From: Blastocatellia bacterium
Lineage (GTDB): Bacteria > Acidobacteriota > Blastocatellia > Chloracidobacteriales > JADJPF01
Assembly: GCA_039812885.1 (NCBI GenBank)
Contig: JBDIBI010000019.1
Span: 28,275 to 92,274 of the forward strand
Length of the DNA: 64,000 nucleotides
Reading direction: 5' to 3'
Both the position numbers and the translations under genes were made by a program. Every line of letters begins with the position of its first letter. Positions within the stretch are counted from its first letter, which is position 1. Of this stretch, positions 52,022 to 61,364 are shown piece by piece. The notes under the pieces were generated by a model. The model ran no database searches. It was not told the origin of the DNA and saw nothing but the letters and a program-made list of their open reading frames with translations.

Positions 52022-53752
52022 TTAGTCTTTCACAAAAAGATCTACCAAAGCAAATTTTGTAACATCAACTAGACCGCGATCTGTAATTTTAAGCTTAGGT
52101 ATCACAGGCAGAGCTAGAAAAGACATTGCCATAAAAGGATCAGCTAGAACACAACCTAAATGACTACTAGCACGCTTAAGCTCATTCATCCCATCACTAA
52201 CTTTTTCAATAGGTTGGCTAGACATTAACCCTGCAATAGGCAATTCTATTGCTGCTTCGGTTTTTTCTCCATCTACAACAGCAATACCGCCTTGCATTTC
52301 TGCTACTTTGCTAACTGCCTGACAAATGCTTTCATCATCTGCCCCGATTGCAATAATGTTGTGAGAATCATGAGCTATGGAAGCCGCTAATGCACCTCGC
52401 TTTAGCCCAAAGCCTTTTACTAAACCGATTCCACGTCTACCAGATGCTTTATGACGCTCTACCACAGTGATTTTTAGTAAGTCTTTATTTGTATCTGAAA
52501 CCAAATTACCATCTTTAATTGTAGGTTCAGCCATTAAATCTTCTGTGTAAAGCTGATATTTACCAAGTCCAATTACTCTAGCCTGGCGGCTAAGAGCTTT
52601 AACTAAAAAGTCCTCAGCTCGTAAAGCTTTAACATTAACTGAGTTTCTAGCTTTAACAGATAGTTGTTCTAGAGGAGGTAAAGTTAGCTGTCCATCAATG
52701 GCTACGAGTTTGCCATCTTTGTAAACTCTGCGTGGGCGAATATCTTTTAGTGAGTCAAACACAACAAAATCAGCAAAATAGCCAGGTGCAATTGCTCCTG
52801 TTCGCTCAATTCTAAAATATTCAGCAGCATTTAGTGTAGCCATTCTAATAGCACTTATTGGAGATAAACCTTTAGCAACAGCAGTTCGGATTAAGAAATC
52901 AATATGGCCTTCTTCTAAAATATCATTGGGATGTCTATCATCTGTTACTAATAAGCATCGACGCTCATTTTCTACATTGACCAAAGGCAGTAGGTCAGAA
53001 AGGTTTTTAGCCGCAGTTCCTTCACGCAACATTATATGCATTCCAAGACGCATTTTTTCTGCTGCTTCTCCAATGCTTGTACATTCGTGATCAGATGCAA
53101 TTCCACTAGCAACATAGGCACAAAGTGCAAGCCCAGAAAGCCCTGGAGCATGACCATCTAAACGTTTTTGCGAGCCTAAAGCTATTTTCTTAAGTACTTC
53201 TTGATCCCCATTTACTACACCAGGAAAATTCATCATTTCAGCCAAGCCTAAAACTTGAGGGTGATCTATAAATGGCTCTAGATCTTCAGCAGAAAGTGCT
53301 GCTCCAGAAGTTTCTAAACCTGTTGCTGGAACACAGGAAGGTAACATAAAAAATACATTAAGCGGAACACCTTTGCTAGAATCAATCATAAAGCGTAAGC
53401 CGTCTAGCCCAAGTACATTGGCAATTTCATGCGGATCGCAAATTACAGAAGTTGTTCCACGTGCAACAACTGCACGTGCAAAGCTTGGTATTGTTACCAT
53501 TGAGCTTTCAATATGAACATGTGAATCAATAAAACCTGGTGCAAGATATAAACCTTTTAAATCTTCTTCTTGTTTACCACGATAACCTGATCCAACTCCA
53601 ACAATTACATTATCTTCGATGGCAACGTCGGTCTGATAAATTTCCCCAGAAAAAACATTTATAAGTTGTACATTGCGTAGCACTAAGTCTACAGCTCTAT
53701 CTCCGCGTGCAGCACTAATTAAGATAGAGAGGTCATCAATTTTTCTTGCCAT
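52022..53752 (-). CDS. ade: Adenine deaminase
   Basis: PGFIDSHVHIESSM, DPHEIANV, EMMNFPGV, DGHAPG, SDHE, HDSHN. Confidence 0.96.
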   Translation of the reverse strand: MARKIDDLSILISAARGDRAVDLVLRNVQLINVFSGEIYQTDVAIEDNVIVGVGSGYRGKQEEDLKGLYLAPGFIDSHVHIESSMVTIPSFARAVVARGTTSVICDPHEIANVLGLDGLRFMIDSSKGVPLNVFFMLPSCVPATGLETSGAALSAEDLEPFIDHPQVLGLAEMMNFPGVVNGDQEVLKKIALGSQKRLDGHAPGLSGLALCAYVASGIASDHECTSIGEAAEKMRLGMHIMLREGTAAKNLSDLLPLVNVENERRCLLVTDDRHPNDILEEGHIDFLIRTAVAKGLSPISAIRMATLNAAEYFRIERTGAIAPGYFADFVVFDSLKDIRPRRVYKDGKLVAIDGQLTLPPLEQLSVKARNSVNVKALRAEDFLVKALSRQARVIGLGKYQLYTEDLMAEPTIKDGNLVSDTNKDLLKITVVERHKASGRRGIGLVKGFGLKRGALAASIAHDSHNIIAIGADDESICQAVSKVAEMQGGIAVVDGEKTEAAIELPIAGLMSSQPIEKVSDGMNELKRASSHLGCVLADPFMAMSFLALPVIPKLKITDRGLVDVTKFALVDLFVKD

Positions 53753-53790
53753 AGTTTTATTCCTTATGTTTTATACCTAAAAAATCCGAT

Positions 53791-53823
53791 CTAGTGGGAC
53801 AGAACTTACTATTGTCCCACTAG
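53791..53823 (-). terminator. Hairpin after M28 peptidase
   Basis: CTAGTGGGACA ... TGTCCCACTAG 11-bp stem. Confidence 0.6.
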
Positions 53824-53848
53824 AATTAGTTACAACATAAAATATCAA

Positions 53849-55609
53849 TTATTTACCAGCTTTAAGAGATTCTTCACGTTTAGCTTTAAATTCAGTACCT
53901 TCTCGCCAAGCAGGTATTTCTTTAGAGTTAGCTACTTCATAACCAACTTGGAAAATTAACACAAGGTCTTCTACTGCACCGCTAAGATCCCAGAAAGGTT
54001 TAACCTCATCTGATGGTTTATGGTAATCTTTTTCTAAGTATTCATCAGAAAGCTTTTTACCTTCGCCTTCAGGCTTACCAACTAGAATTTTTCCTGGCCC
54101 TGCGTCAAAGGCTGGAATACCTTGTTTTGCAAAGTTAAAGTGATCAGAGCGATAAAAATGACCTTTTTCTGGTTCTGGATCTGGTTTTACTTCTCTTCCT
54201 TGTGCGGCAGCTACACCTTTTACAATATCATCTAAGGTAGAAAGCCCTAGGCCAACTACGGTTACATCTTTACTTTTACCCCAAACATTCATGCTATCCA
54301 TATTGATGTTAGCAACTGTTTTAGCTACAGGATATAGAGGATTTTGACCATAATAAGCAGAACCTAACAAACCACGTTCTTCAGCTGTAACAGATAAAAA
54401 TAGTAAAGATCGTTTAGGAGGAGTGCCTAATTTTGTATAGGCTTTAGCTAGTTCTAGAAGGCCAGCTGTGCCAGTAGCATTATCTCTTGCACCATTATAA
54501 ATCTTATCATCATTTATTGGTTTTCCCTTGTCGTCAGTGGCTGGTGAGCCTACACCAAAATGATCCCAGTGAGCAGTAAAGATTACATATTCATCTTTAA
54601 GTGCTGGATCGCTGCCTTCAAGTTTAGCAACCACATTGTTAGATTCAATGCGCTTATATTCGCTCTTTAGTTGTAAAGAGGCTTTTACCCCTAATGAAAC
54701 AGGTTTAAAGTCTTTTTTCAAAGCTTCTTGCTTCATAGTGGCAAAGTCTTTACCTGCAAGTTTAAAAAGTTCTTCAGCTTTTTGAGTAGTTATCCAAGAT
54801 TCTATTGGAACTAGAGATTTGTTATTTTCTTTGTCAGCAATGGTAAAACCACCATCTCCCCAACTATTTCTAACAACTTCCCAGCCATAACCAGCAGGCT
54901 CTTTTTCATGAATAATGATGCAACCGGCTGCCCCTTTTTTAGTAGCCATTTCAAACTTATAAGTCCAACGACCATAATAAGTCATAGCCTTGCCACCAAA
55001 CATCTTTTCATCAGGTAAAGGAGGATCATTAATTAAAACTACCATGATTTTACCTTTTAGATCTTGTTCCTTGTAGTCATCCCATTGGAATTCTGGAGCA
55101 TCTGCACCATAACCTACAAAAACTAACTCTCCATCCATATTAACTTTATCAACTAGTTGGCGAGTCCAAGCAACAAAATCATCCTTAAATTTTAAAGACA
55201 TTGATTTATCGCCAGCAGAAAATTTCATTTCCATATTTGGATCAACTTTGTAACTAACTAGAGGAACTTTTTGCAAAAATGTCCCATCTGGATTGCCAGG
55301 CTTTAAACCTAGTTTCTGAAAATTCTCTGTAAGATATTTAACTGTTAACTCTTCACCTTTAGTGTTTGGGCTTCGGCCTTCAAACTCATCTGATGCTAGT
55401 TTCTTTATATGTTCTAACATGTCTTTAGCATTGATATTTTGTGCTGCTGGATCAATTGCTATGGCCTTTACATTGCTTGCTGTTGGACTTGCTGAAGTAG
55501 TTGGTTGGGGTGTTTCACTTTTATTTGTCGTTGTATTGTCTCCACAACCTAGCATTATTGTACTACCAAAAAGAAGTAGTGCTAAGGAAAGATATGTACT
55601 TGATTTCAC
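53849..55609 (-). CDS. M28 family metallopeptidase lipoprotein with PA domain
   Basis: Lipobox MLG|C, AHWDH, NGARDNATG, TAEERGLLGS, RSDHF.F, YHKPSD. Confidence 0.93.
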   Translation of the reverse strand: MKSSTYLSLALLLFGSTIMLGCGDNTTTNKSETPQPTTSASPTASNVKAIAIDPAAQNINAKDMLEHIKKLASDEFEGRSPNTKGEELTVKYLTENFQKLGLKPGNPDGTFLQKVPLVSYKVDPNMEMKFSAGDKSMSLKFKDDFVAWTRQLVDKVNMDGELVFVGYGADAPEFQWDDYKEQDLKGKIMVVLINDPPLPDEKMFGGKAMTYYGRWTYKFEMATKKGAAGCIIIHEKEPAGYGWEVVRNSWGDGGFTIADKENNKSLVPIESWITTQKAEELFKLAGKDFATMKQEALKKDFKPVSLGVKASLQLKSEYKRIESNNVVAKLEGSDPALKDEYVIFTAHWDHFGVGSPATDDKGKPINDDKIYNGARDNATGTAGLLELAKAYTKLGTPPKRSLLFLSVTAEERGLLGSAYYGQNPLYPVAKTVANINMDSMNVWGKSKDVTVVGLGLSTLDDIVKGVAAAQGREVKPDPEPEKGHFYRSDHFNFAKQGIPAFDAGPGKILVGKPEGEGKKLSDEYLEKDYHKPSDEVKPFWDLSGAVEDLVLIFQVGYEVANSKEIPAWREGTEFKAKREESLKAGK

Positions 55610-55874
55610 TATATGGACTCCTAGAATTTTAATAAGCTGGAATGTAATTTTGTTAATCTTAATGGTTAGAAAGGCTTACGTCAATCTAGCAGGTTATGGC
55701 TTTTTTAACCTTATCTGCTTCTTTTAAGCTAACTTTGTTTTTTAGTTATTATAAAATACTACTGTTTTTGGTTATAGAAATCTTGTATATTATGTTAGGC
55801 AAAACTTGTTTTTTATGTTAGAAAAATGTTGATTAATTGAATAAGAAAATCTGTCAATTCTTGATAGAATGGAG

Positions 55875-55903
55875 TTGACAAGCCTTATGTATTTTGTTAG
55901 GGT
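55875..55903 (+). promoter_or_regulatory. Putative sigma70 promoter giving a leaderless transcript at ATG 55910
   Basis: TTGACA-17-TAGGGT with TG extension; ATG 6 nt after -10; no SD. Confidence 0.55.
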
Positions 55904-55909
55904 ATTGAC

Positions 55910-56578
55910 ATGGTTAAAGCTAGACGATTTACAAAACCATTAATATTAATAGCCCTGCTAATGCTAATTTTCTCAAGCAATTGGGCAATTTTAGCTCGCC
56001 TAGCATTTTTTGCCAGTAATAACTCTTTATCTACCAAAGACGCCTTTTGCTTACCAGTAACAGAACAGGCTATTTCAAACCTTAATGAAGATAGCAGTGT
56101 AGATTTAATCGTTGGTAAAGTTGAAGGAAGTTCCTACAAACTTGAAATCAGTTTAACCGGAAATAACAATAAAGTATCTAACTTTGTTTTAGATCAACCT
56201 AATGTAATAGGATCAAGCTTTTTTACTTGTGATATAGATCAAGATAATGACCAAGATATTGTTGTTGTTAGCCCACTTTCTAATAGACCTATAGCAGTTT
56301 GGCTTAGTGATGGAAAAGGCAATTTTCAACAAGATAAAAGTTATACCAATGATGGTTTTTCTACTAGTGAATCAGATGTTTCCCAGCAAACTCACTTTCT
56401 AGCAGAAAGCCCCATTTCTAATGAAGAACAACGACTTTCTATAGAAAGTACAATACTATCTTTTATTAATCATAAGCTTGAACAAATCTTTGTAGGTACT
56501 TGTACTGTATCTAGTACTTATTCTAGAATCTTTTCAAAACTTATAACCTCTCGCGGGCCTCCTTTTAGTCTTATCTAA
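55910..56578 (+). CDS. Exported FG-GAP/VCBS-repeat protein with C-terminal RGPP arrest-like motif (putative regulatory uORF)
   Basis: Signal-like N-terminus, NLNEDSSVD and DIDQDNDQD..WLSDGKGNF repeats, ends SRGPPFSLI*. Confidence 0.75.
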   Translation: MVKARRFTKPLILIALLMLIFSSNWAILARLAFFASNNSLSTKDAFCLPVTEQAISNLNEDSSVDLIVGKVEGSSYKLEISLTGNNNKVSNFVLDQPNVIGSSFFTCDIDQDNDQDIVVVSPLSNRPIAVWLSDGKGNFQQDKSYTNDGFSTSESDVSQQTHFLAESPISNEEQRLSIESTILSFINHKLEQIFVGTCTVSSTYSRIFSKLITSRGPPFSLI

Positions 56579-56883
56579 TTTCTTACGCACAATCACTATA
56601 ATCCTTTTTATCTAATAGTTATTGTTATTGTGCTCTGCGTATTATTTCTTAGTCTAACAGCTATACTAAATTTTATTTATTCACTTTACTGGTGACTAGC
56701 AAGCTTGATAGTTGCTTGTTTGGAGTAGTTTTCCAATTAGATAGGCGATACATGAAGTTGCCTATGTAAGTTTACCTTTGTTATGTGAATAAAAGTTACA
56801 GTTAATTAAGTAGATTGGATGCTTAAACCTTTAAGTATGCAAATATTTCCATGATTTTTACATATTCTTCTGAGGAGGGAATA

Positions 56884-59800
56884 ATGAAAAAGGGCATTAC
56901 CCTAATTGTATTAGCTATTACATTAATAGTCAGTGCTATTGCACCAGTGCTAGCCCAAGATTTTGCATTTGGTGGAGCTGGCAATGCAAGTATTGGCTTT
57001 AGACAATCTATTCCATTATTAGCAACAGCTTCTAATGGTCAAACTATATCTAACTTAGGTGTTACTGGTGCAGCTAGAACCCCTTCTGCTATTGGCACTC
57101 TAGGAGCTGGTTATCTTAACACCATCCTTGCCACAGGAGCAGGTCGTTTACCTAATGGAAATAACAGTTCTTTTAATGTTGTTGATTTGGGAGTTGGTGA
57201 TGTAGACGGGGATGGGTTTTTAGATATTGTTGCTGTTTCTGATGACAATAACGCTTCTAATCTCAATGTTCGCCAATTTGGTGCTACTATTCCAACTCAG
57301 GCTGCTGGTACTGCTGGCAATGTTGGTAGAGTTACCTTATTTACAGGTATAGGAGATGGAACATTTGGTCTTCCTGTTGCTATTAACACTGCTGTTGGCT
57401 TTTCTCCAAGCTGTGTTGCTATGGGAGATTTTAATGTTGATGGTGCCAGCGAAATTTTAGTTGGCGAATCTAGCCAAGATGGTCAATTTACAGGCAATTT
57501 TGAGATTTTTTCTAGTGGTAATTTAACTAGCCTTGGCTTAGGCACTCCTACTAGTACACCTTCTAGAGTTGCTTCTGTTGCTTTTGGGCGTATAAATGAT
57601 GACCCATTTCCTGATGTTGTACTGGGTTTGAATACACAAGGAGGAGGATCTGGAACTGTATTAGTCTATCCTACTAATGGTAGTCCAACTTTATTAGCTC
57701 CTACAGTTTTAAATACTGCGGGTTCAATAGGTTTTAATGCTATTGCAGGCACTCCTGCCGGAATTATTCCAGCAAACAGAGCAGTAGCCACTTTCCAAAG
57801 TAACTTTCCATTTCCACTAGTTGGTGGTTCAGTAAATACAACTGTTGATGTTGGAGTTGCAACAACATCAGGTTTAGAAATTTTTGAAAACACCACTCCT
57901 CAAAACACTATTCAACCTACATTTGCTGCAAATGGTAATCCATTGCAAAATGGGGGTTTAGGGTTACAAGCAGGAAGTGGGCCAATTGGTATTTTACCTG
58001 GAGATATAAATGGTGACAATATTGAGGATTTAGTGGTTATAAATCGTGGTTCTGGTACAGTAACTTGTTATGTTGCTAACTCTGGAACTCCTGGATATCA
58101 AAGTGCTCGGACTTCTGTTGCTAGTAGTCAACCAACTTCTGGTACTTTCTCCAACTTTGATGGCGATGGCAAACCTGATCTTTTAATTACAGATGCGCTT
58201 AATGGAGTTACTGTATTAAAAGGTAATGGTGATGGGTCTTTTACCAATAAAGGTCTTTTAGCTGAATTAAATGTTACTGGTGAACCAGTATTCAACGCTA
58301 GTGCAGTTGTTAGCGGTGCGTTTGAAACCTTAATTGGTGGTGGTGCTGTTGATGATATCGCTATCGGTGATGGTTTTAGCAACAGTGCTTTAATCGGTGG
58401 TGGTTTATCAGGTGGGGTATATTACTTGTCAGGCTTACGCGGTGATGTTCCTGTTCGTTTAAGACTCTTTACCGCAATATCTTTAGCAGCTGACTTTGAT
58501 GGAACAGGTGGCTTAAATGACATCGCTTTAATGGAACAAGGTAGTGGTACAGTATTTGTTCTATTAAACGTATCTGCAACCAACCCAACTCCAACTGCTA
58601 ACTTGATTACCTTAAGAGACGTATTCACCAACAGAGATTTACGTCCAACTTCTGCTACTTCCTTTGTTGATGCTTTAACCGGCTTGAACGATATCGCTAT
58701 TACAGATGTTGGTACTCCTGAAAACACCAATGGTTCAGGTCAAATCATTGTTGGCTTAAATGATGGTACTGGCGTATTCTCCAACAGAAACCGCTTATTC
58801 CGTCAATTCGTTGCTACTTCTGGTGCCACTAACATTCTAAGTGGTGACTTTAGAAACACTGGTAGAGCTACTGACTTAGCATATGTTGACTATGCAAACA
58901 ACCTAGCTGCTGTTGTCCTAAATGATGGCACTAACTTCTTCTTAACTCCACAAATTCGTGAAACTGGTGGTTTTGTACCTGTTTCCGCAGCATTAGCTGA
59001 CGTAAACGATGACGACAACCTTGATATGGTAGTACTTAACGCTGGTACAGCTCCAAACCAAACAGTTGGTAATCAATCAATTGTGTCAGTTCTATTAGGA
59101 CAAGGTGATGGCCGCTTAATTCCAAGTGGCTCATTGCTAAACGTACCAAACTTTGGTCTATCAATCGTTGGTGGTTTAGCAGTATTAGACTCTACACCAA
59201 TTCGCCGTGTTGTAGACTTCAACGGTGACGGATTCCCAGACTTTGCAGTTAACTCAACTCGTGGTGGTGCAGGCGTTTTAGGCGTTCCAGGTCAACCAGT
59301 TCCAACAGTTACCTTGATTCTAAATCGTGCAGATGCTCCAGGCCAATTTGTTGTACAACCTCCTATCTCCTTGTTTGACGATACAGTTACAACAGGTGCA
59401 GGGAATGCTGTAAACGGTGCAAATATGACCTTGGATGATACAGGCGGCGGCCCAGCATTAGTAGCAGGTCGTGGTGGTCTATCTACATTAGGTTTAACAG
59501 GAGGATTTGGTGGTGCAGGTGTAGGTGGTGCTAATTACACATTAGCAGTATCTGATTTCCAAGCTGATGGTTCTCCAGACTTAGTTGTAACTGGTACTTT
59601 TACGACGCTACAAAATATAGTGGGGCCAGTTACTAACTTGACTCCAACCAACTATCGTGCCGCAATCTACCTAGTAGGAAATGAAACCGCAGGAACAATG
59701 CGTGTATCACGTCCAATGCGTATTAGAGAATTTACTATAAATGGCGCAGGAACATTAACCCCAAGATTCAATGCTGGAGACACCTTTGTAGCTTGTGCAA

Positions 59801-61095
59801 CAGGTAACTTTGCTCCATTTAACAACTTTGTACCAGATGTAGTTCACCTATCTATCAATGGTTCTTTATATTTGGATGCTAATATAACTTCAGTGTTAAA
59901 TCATGCTCCAATAGTAAGAATTAACCGTACAGACTTAGGTTCTCCAGTTGGTAGTGGTCGTAAAGTTATCTTAACTTCTGGTGAAATGAAGTCAATTCCT
60001 GTGACAGGCGCTACTGTTGATGTTCCTGCCAGTACGCTTAAATTCTCATTGGTGCCACCACCAACAAACGAACCACCACCAAGTTTTGTAAAAGTTCAAG
60101 ACAATGGAAACAACACTGCTAATGTTGTTATTGACACTCGCAACAATGGTGCTGGTGTCAATAATGGTCCAGGAAATCTAACTGCTCGTATAGCTGTAAG
60201 AGCAACAGATTCAGGTAATAGTGGGCCAGGTGGACGGCTACCATTGACTGGAGAAGATTTCTTTACATTGATTGTAAAACCAAAATCAGCTCCAACCATT
60301 GCTCCTATAGCTAATGTAAGCTTAGAAGCAGGTAAGAGTCAAAATGTAAATCTTCAAGTAACCGAAAAAGACGGTGGAGCAGTAACAGTAACTCGTTCTT
60401 GTGACAAGAATAGTTATGTGAATATTAGCGGAACTACTCTGTCAATAGCTCCAACAGACGGTGATGTAGGTACAAACACTTGTACATTAACAGCAACCGG
60501 GCCAACAGGCTTATTCTCAACTACTTCTTTTGTTGTAACAGTAAGACCTAGAGTCGTAGCCCCAACAATAGCCAACATTGGGGATCAAACTGTAACCCAA
60601 GGACAAGCAGCTACAGTAAATGTACTAGCAAATGGTTCTCCTAGTGACACCCTAAGATTATCCTTAGCATCAGCACCAGCATTCGTAACTTTGTCTGATA
60701 ACGGAAATGGCACAGGTGTAATTCGTATTGCTCCAACTTTAACAGACACTCAAGGCGGTCGTGTAACAGTAACAGCAACAAATCAAGTAGGGTTGAGTGT
60801 GTCAACTTCCTTTAATGTAACTGTGCAAAAGGCAGTAGTGATTAATGGTGCAGCCTTTGACACTGCTGGCAAACAGTTATTCATTAACGGCAGTGGTTTT
60901 GGAACTTCTGGAGCAAGAATAACAGTTAATGGGCAAGATATTTCTTCTAGAGTAAGTGGTCAATCTGATAGCTCAATTACTGTTAAAGGCAACAAGAAGA
61001 GATTAAACCTCAAGACCGGGCCAAACCAAATTGTGGTTACTTCTAGTGGTATAACTTCTAATACCTTTGTATTGAATTTACTAACTCAAGAGTAA
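56884..61095 (+). CDS. Giant secreted FG-GAP/VCBS beta-propeller protein with Ig/cadherin-like repeats and C-terminal Ig-like domain
   Basis: SD GAGGAGG before ATG 56884; signal peptide ...VLA|Q; many DxD/NxDG..D motifs; APTIA.I....V..G repeats. Confidence 0.88.
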   Translation: MKKGITLIVLAITLIVSAIAPVLAQDFAFGGAGNASIGFRQSIPLLATASNGQTISNLGVTGAARTPSAIGTLGAGYLNTILATGAGRLPNGNNSSFNVVDLGVGDVDGDGFLDIVAVSDDNNASNLNVRQFGATIPTQAAGTAGNVGRVTLFTGIGDGTFGLPVAINTAVGFSPSCVAMGDFNVDGASEILVGESSQDGQFTGNFEIFSSGNLTSLGLGTPTSTPSRVASVAFGRINDDPFPDVVLGLNTQGGGSGTVLVYPTNGSPTLLAPTVLNTAGSIGFNAIAGTPAGIIPANRAVATFQSNFPFPLVGGSVNTTVDVGVATTSGLEIFENTTPQNTIQPTFAANGNPLQNGGLGLQAGSGPIGILPGDINGDNIEDLVVINRGSGTVTCYVANSGTPGYQSARTSVASSQPTSGTFSNFDGDGKPDLLITDALNGVTVLKGNGDGSFTNKGLLAELNVTGEPVFNASAVVSGAFETLIGGGAVDDIAIGDGFSNSALIGGGLSGGVYYLSGLRGDVPVRLRLFTAISLAADFDGTGGLNDIALMEQGSGTVFVLLNVSATNPTPTANLITLRDVFTNRDLRPTSATSFVDALTGLNDIAITDVGTPENTNGSGQIIVGLNDGTGVFSNRNRLFRQFVATSGATNILSGDFRNTGRATDLAYVDYANNLAAVVLNDGTNFFLTPQIRETGGFVPVSAALADVNDDDNLDMVVLNAGTAPNQTVGNQSIVSVLLGQGDGRLIPSGSLLNVPNFGLSIVGGLAVLDSTPIRRVVDFNGDGFPDFAVNSTRGGAGVLGVPGQPVPTVTLILNRADAPGQFVVQPPISLFDDTVTTGAGNAVNGANMTLDDTGGGPALVAGRGGLSTLGLTGGFGGAGVGGANYTLAVSDFQADGSPDLVVTGTFTTLQNIVGPVTNLTPTNYRAAIYLVGNETAGTMRVSRPMRIREFTINGAGTLTPRFNAGDTFVACATGNFAPFNNFVPDVVHLSINGSLYLDANITSVLNHAPIVRINRTDLGSPVGSGRKVILTSGEMKSIPVTGATVDVPASTLKFSLVPPPTNEPPPSFVKVQDNGNNTANVVIDTRNNGAGVNNGPGNLTARIAVRATDSGNSGPGGRLPLTGEDFFTLIVKPKSAPTIAPIANVSLEAGKSQNVNLQVTEKDGGAVTVTRSCDKNSYVNISGTTLSIAPTDGDVGTNTCTLTATGPTGLFSTTSFVVTVRPRVVAPTIANIGDQTVTQGQAATVNVLANGSPSDTLRLSLASAPAFVTLSDNGNGTGVIRIAPTLTDTQGGRVTVTATNQVGLSVSTSFNVTVQKAVVINGAAFDTAGKQLFINGSGFGTSGARITVNGQDISSRVSGQSDSSITVKGNKKRLNLKTGPNQIVVTSSGITSNTFVLNLLTQE

Positions 61096-61107
61096 TTGTT
61101 GATTGAA

Positions 61108-61139
61108 AATAAGAGTGAGTTTTTCTACTCACTCTTATT
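61108..61139 (+). terminator. Hairpin after giant secreted protein gene
   Basis: AATAAGAGTGAGT-ttttct-ACTCACTCTTATT 13-bp stem. Confidence 0.7.
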
Positions 61140-61301
61140 CTTCAAAATTTCGCTAGGTGTTTTTGTAGGGAATAGCTAGCAAAGTGTTGAAGAATAACTA
61201 GTTATAAGCTCCAGTTTATTGTTTTTTACTCCTCGAAGATGTATTATTACATAAATACTTTAATGTAATGGCTATGGTAATAATCATCCTTCGCTATTGT
61301 T

Positions 61302-61325
61302 GGGGCTGTAATAAGCCCCTTTTTT
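61302..61325 (+). terminator. Rho-independent terminator upstream of 61365 ORF
   Basis: GGGGCT-gtaata-AGCCCC-TTTTTT. Confidence 0.65.
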
Positions 61326-61364
61326 GTAACTACTGAAATAAGAATAGAATAGACAGGGTGTAAT

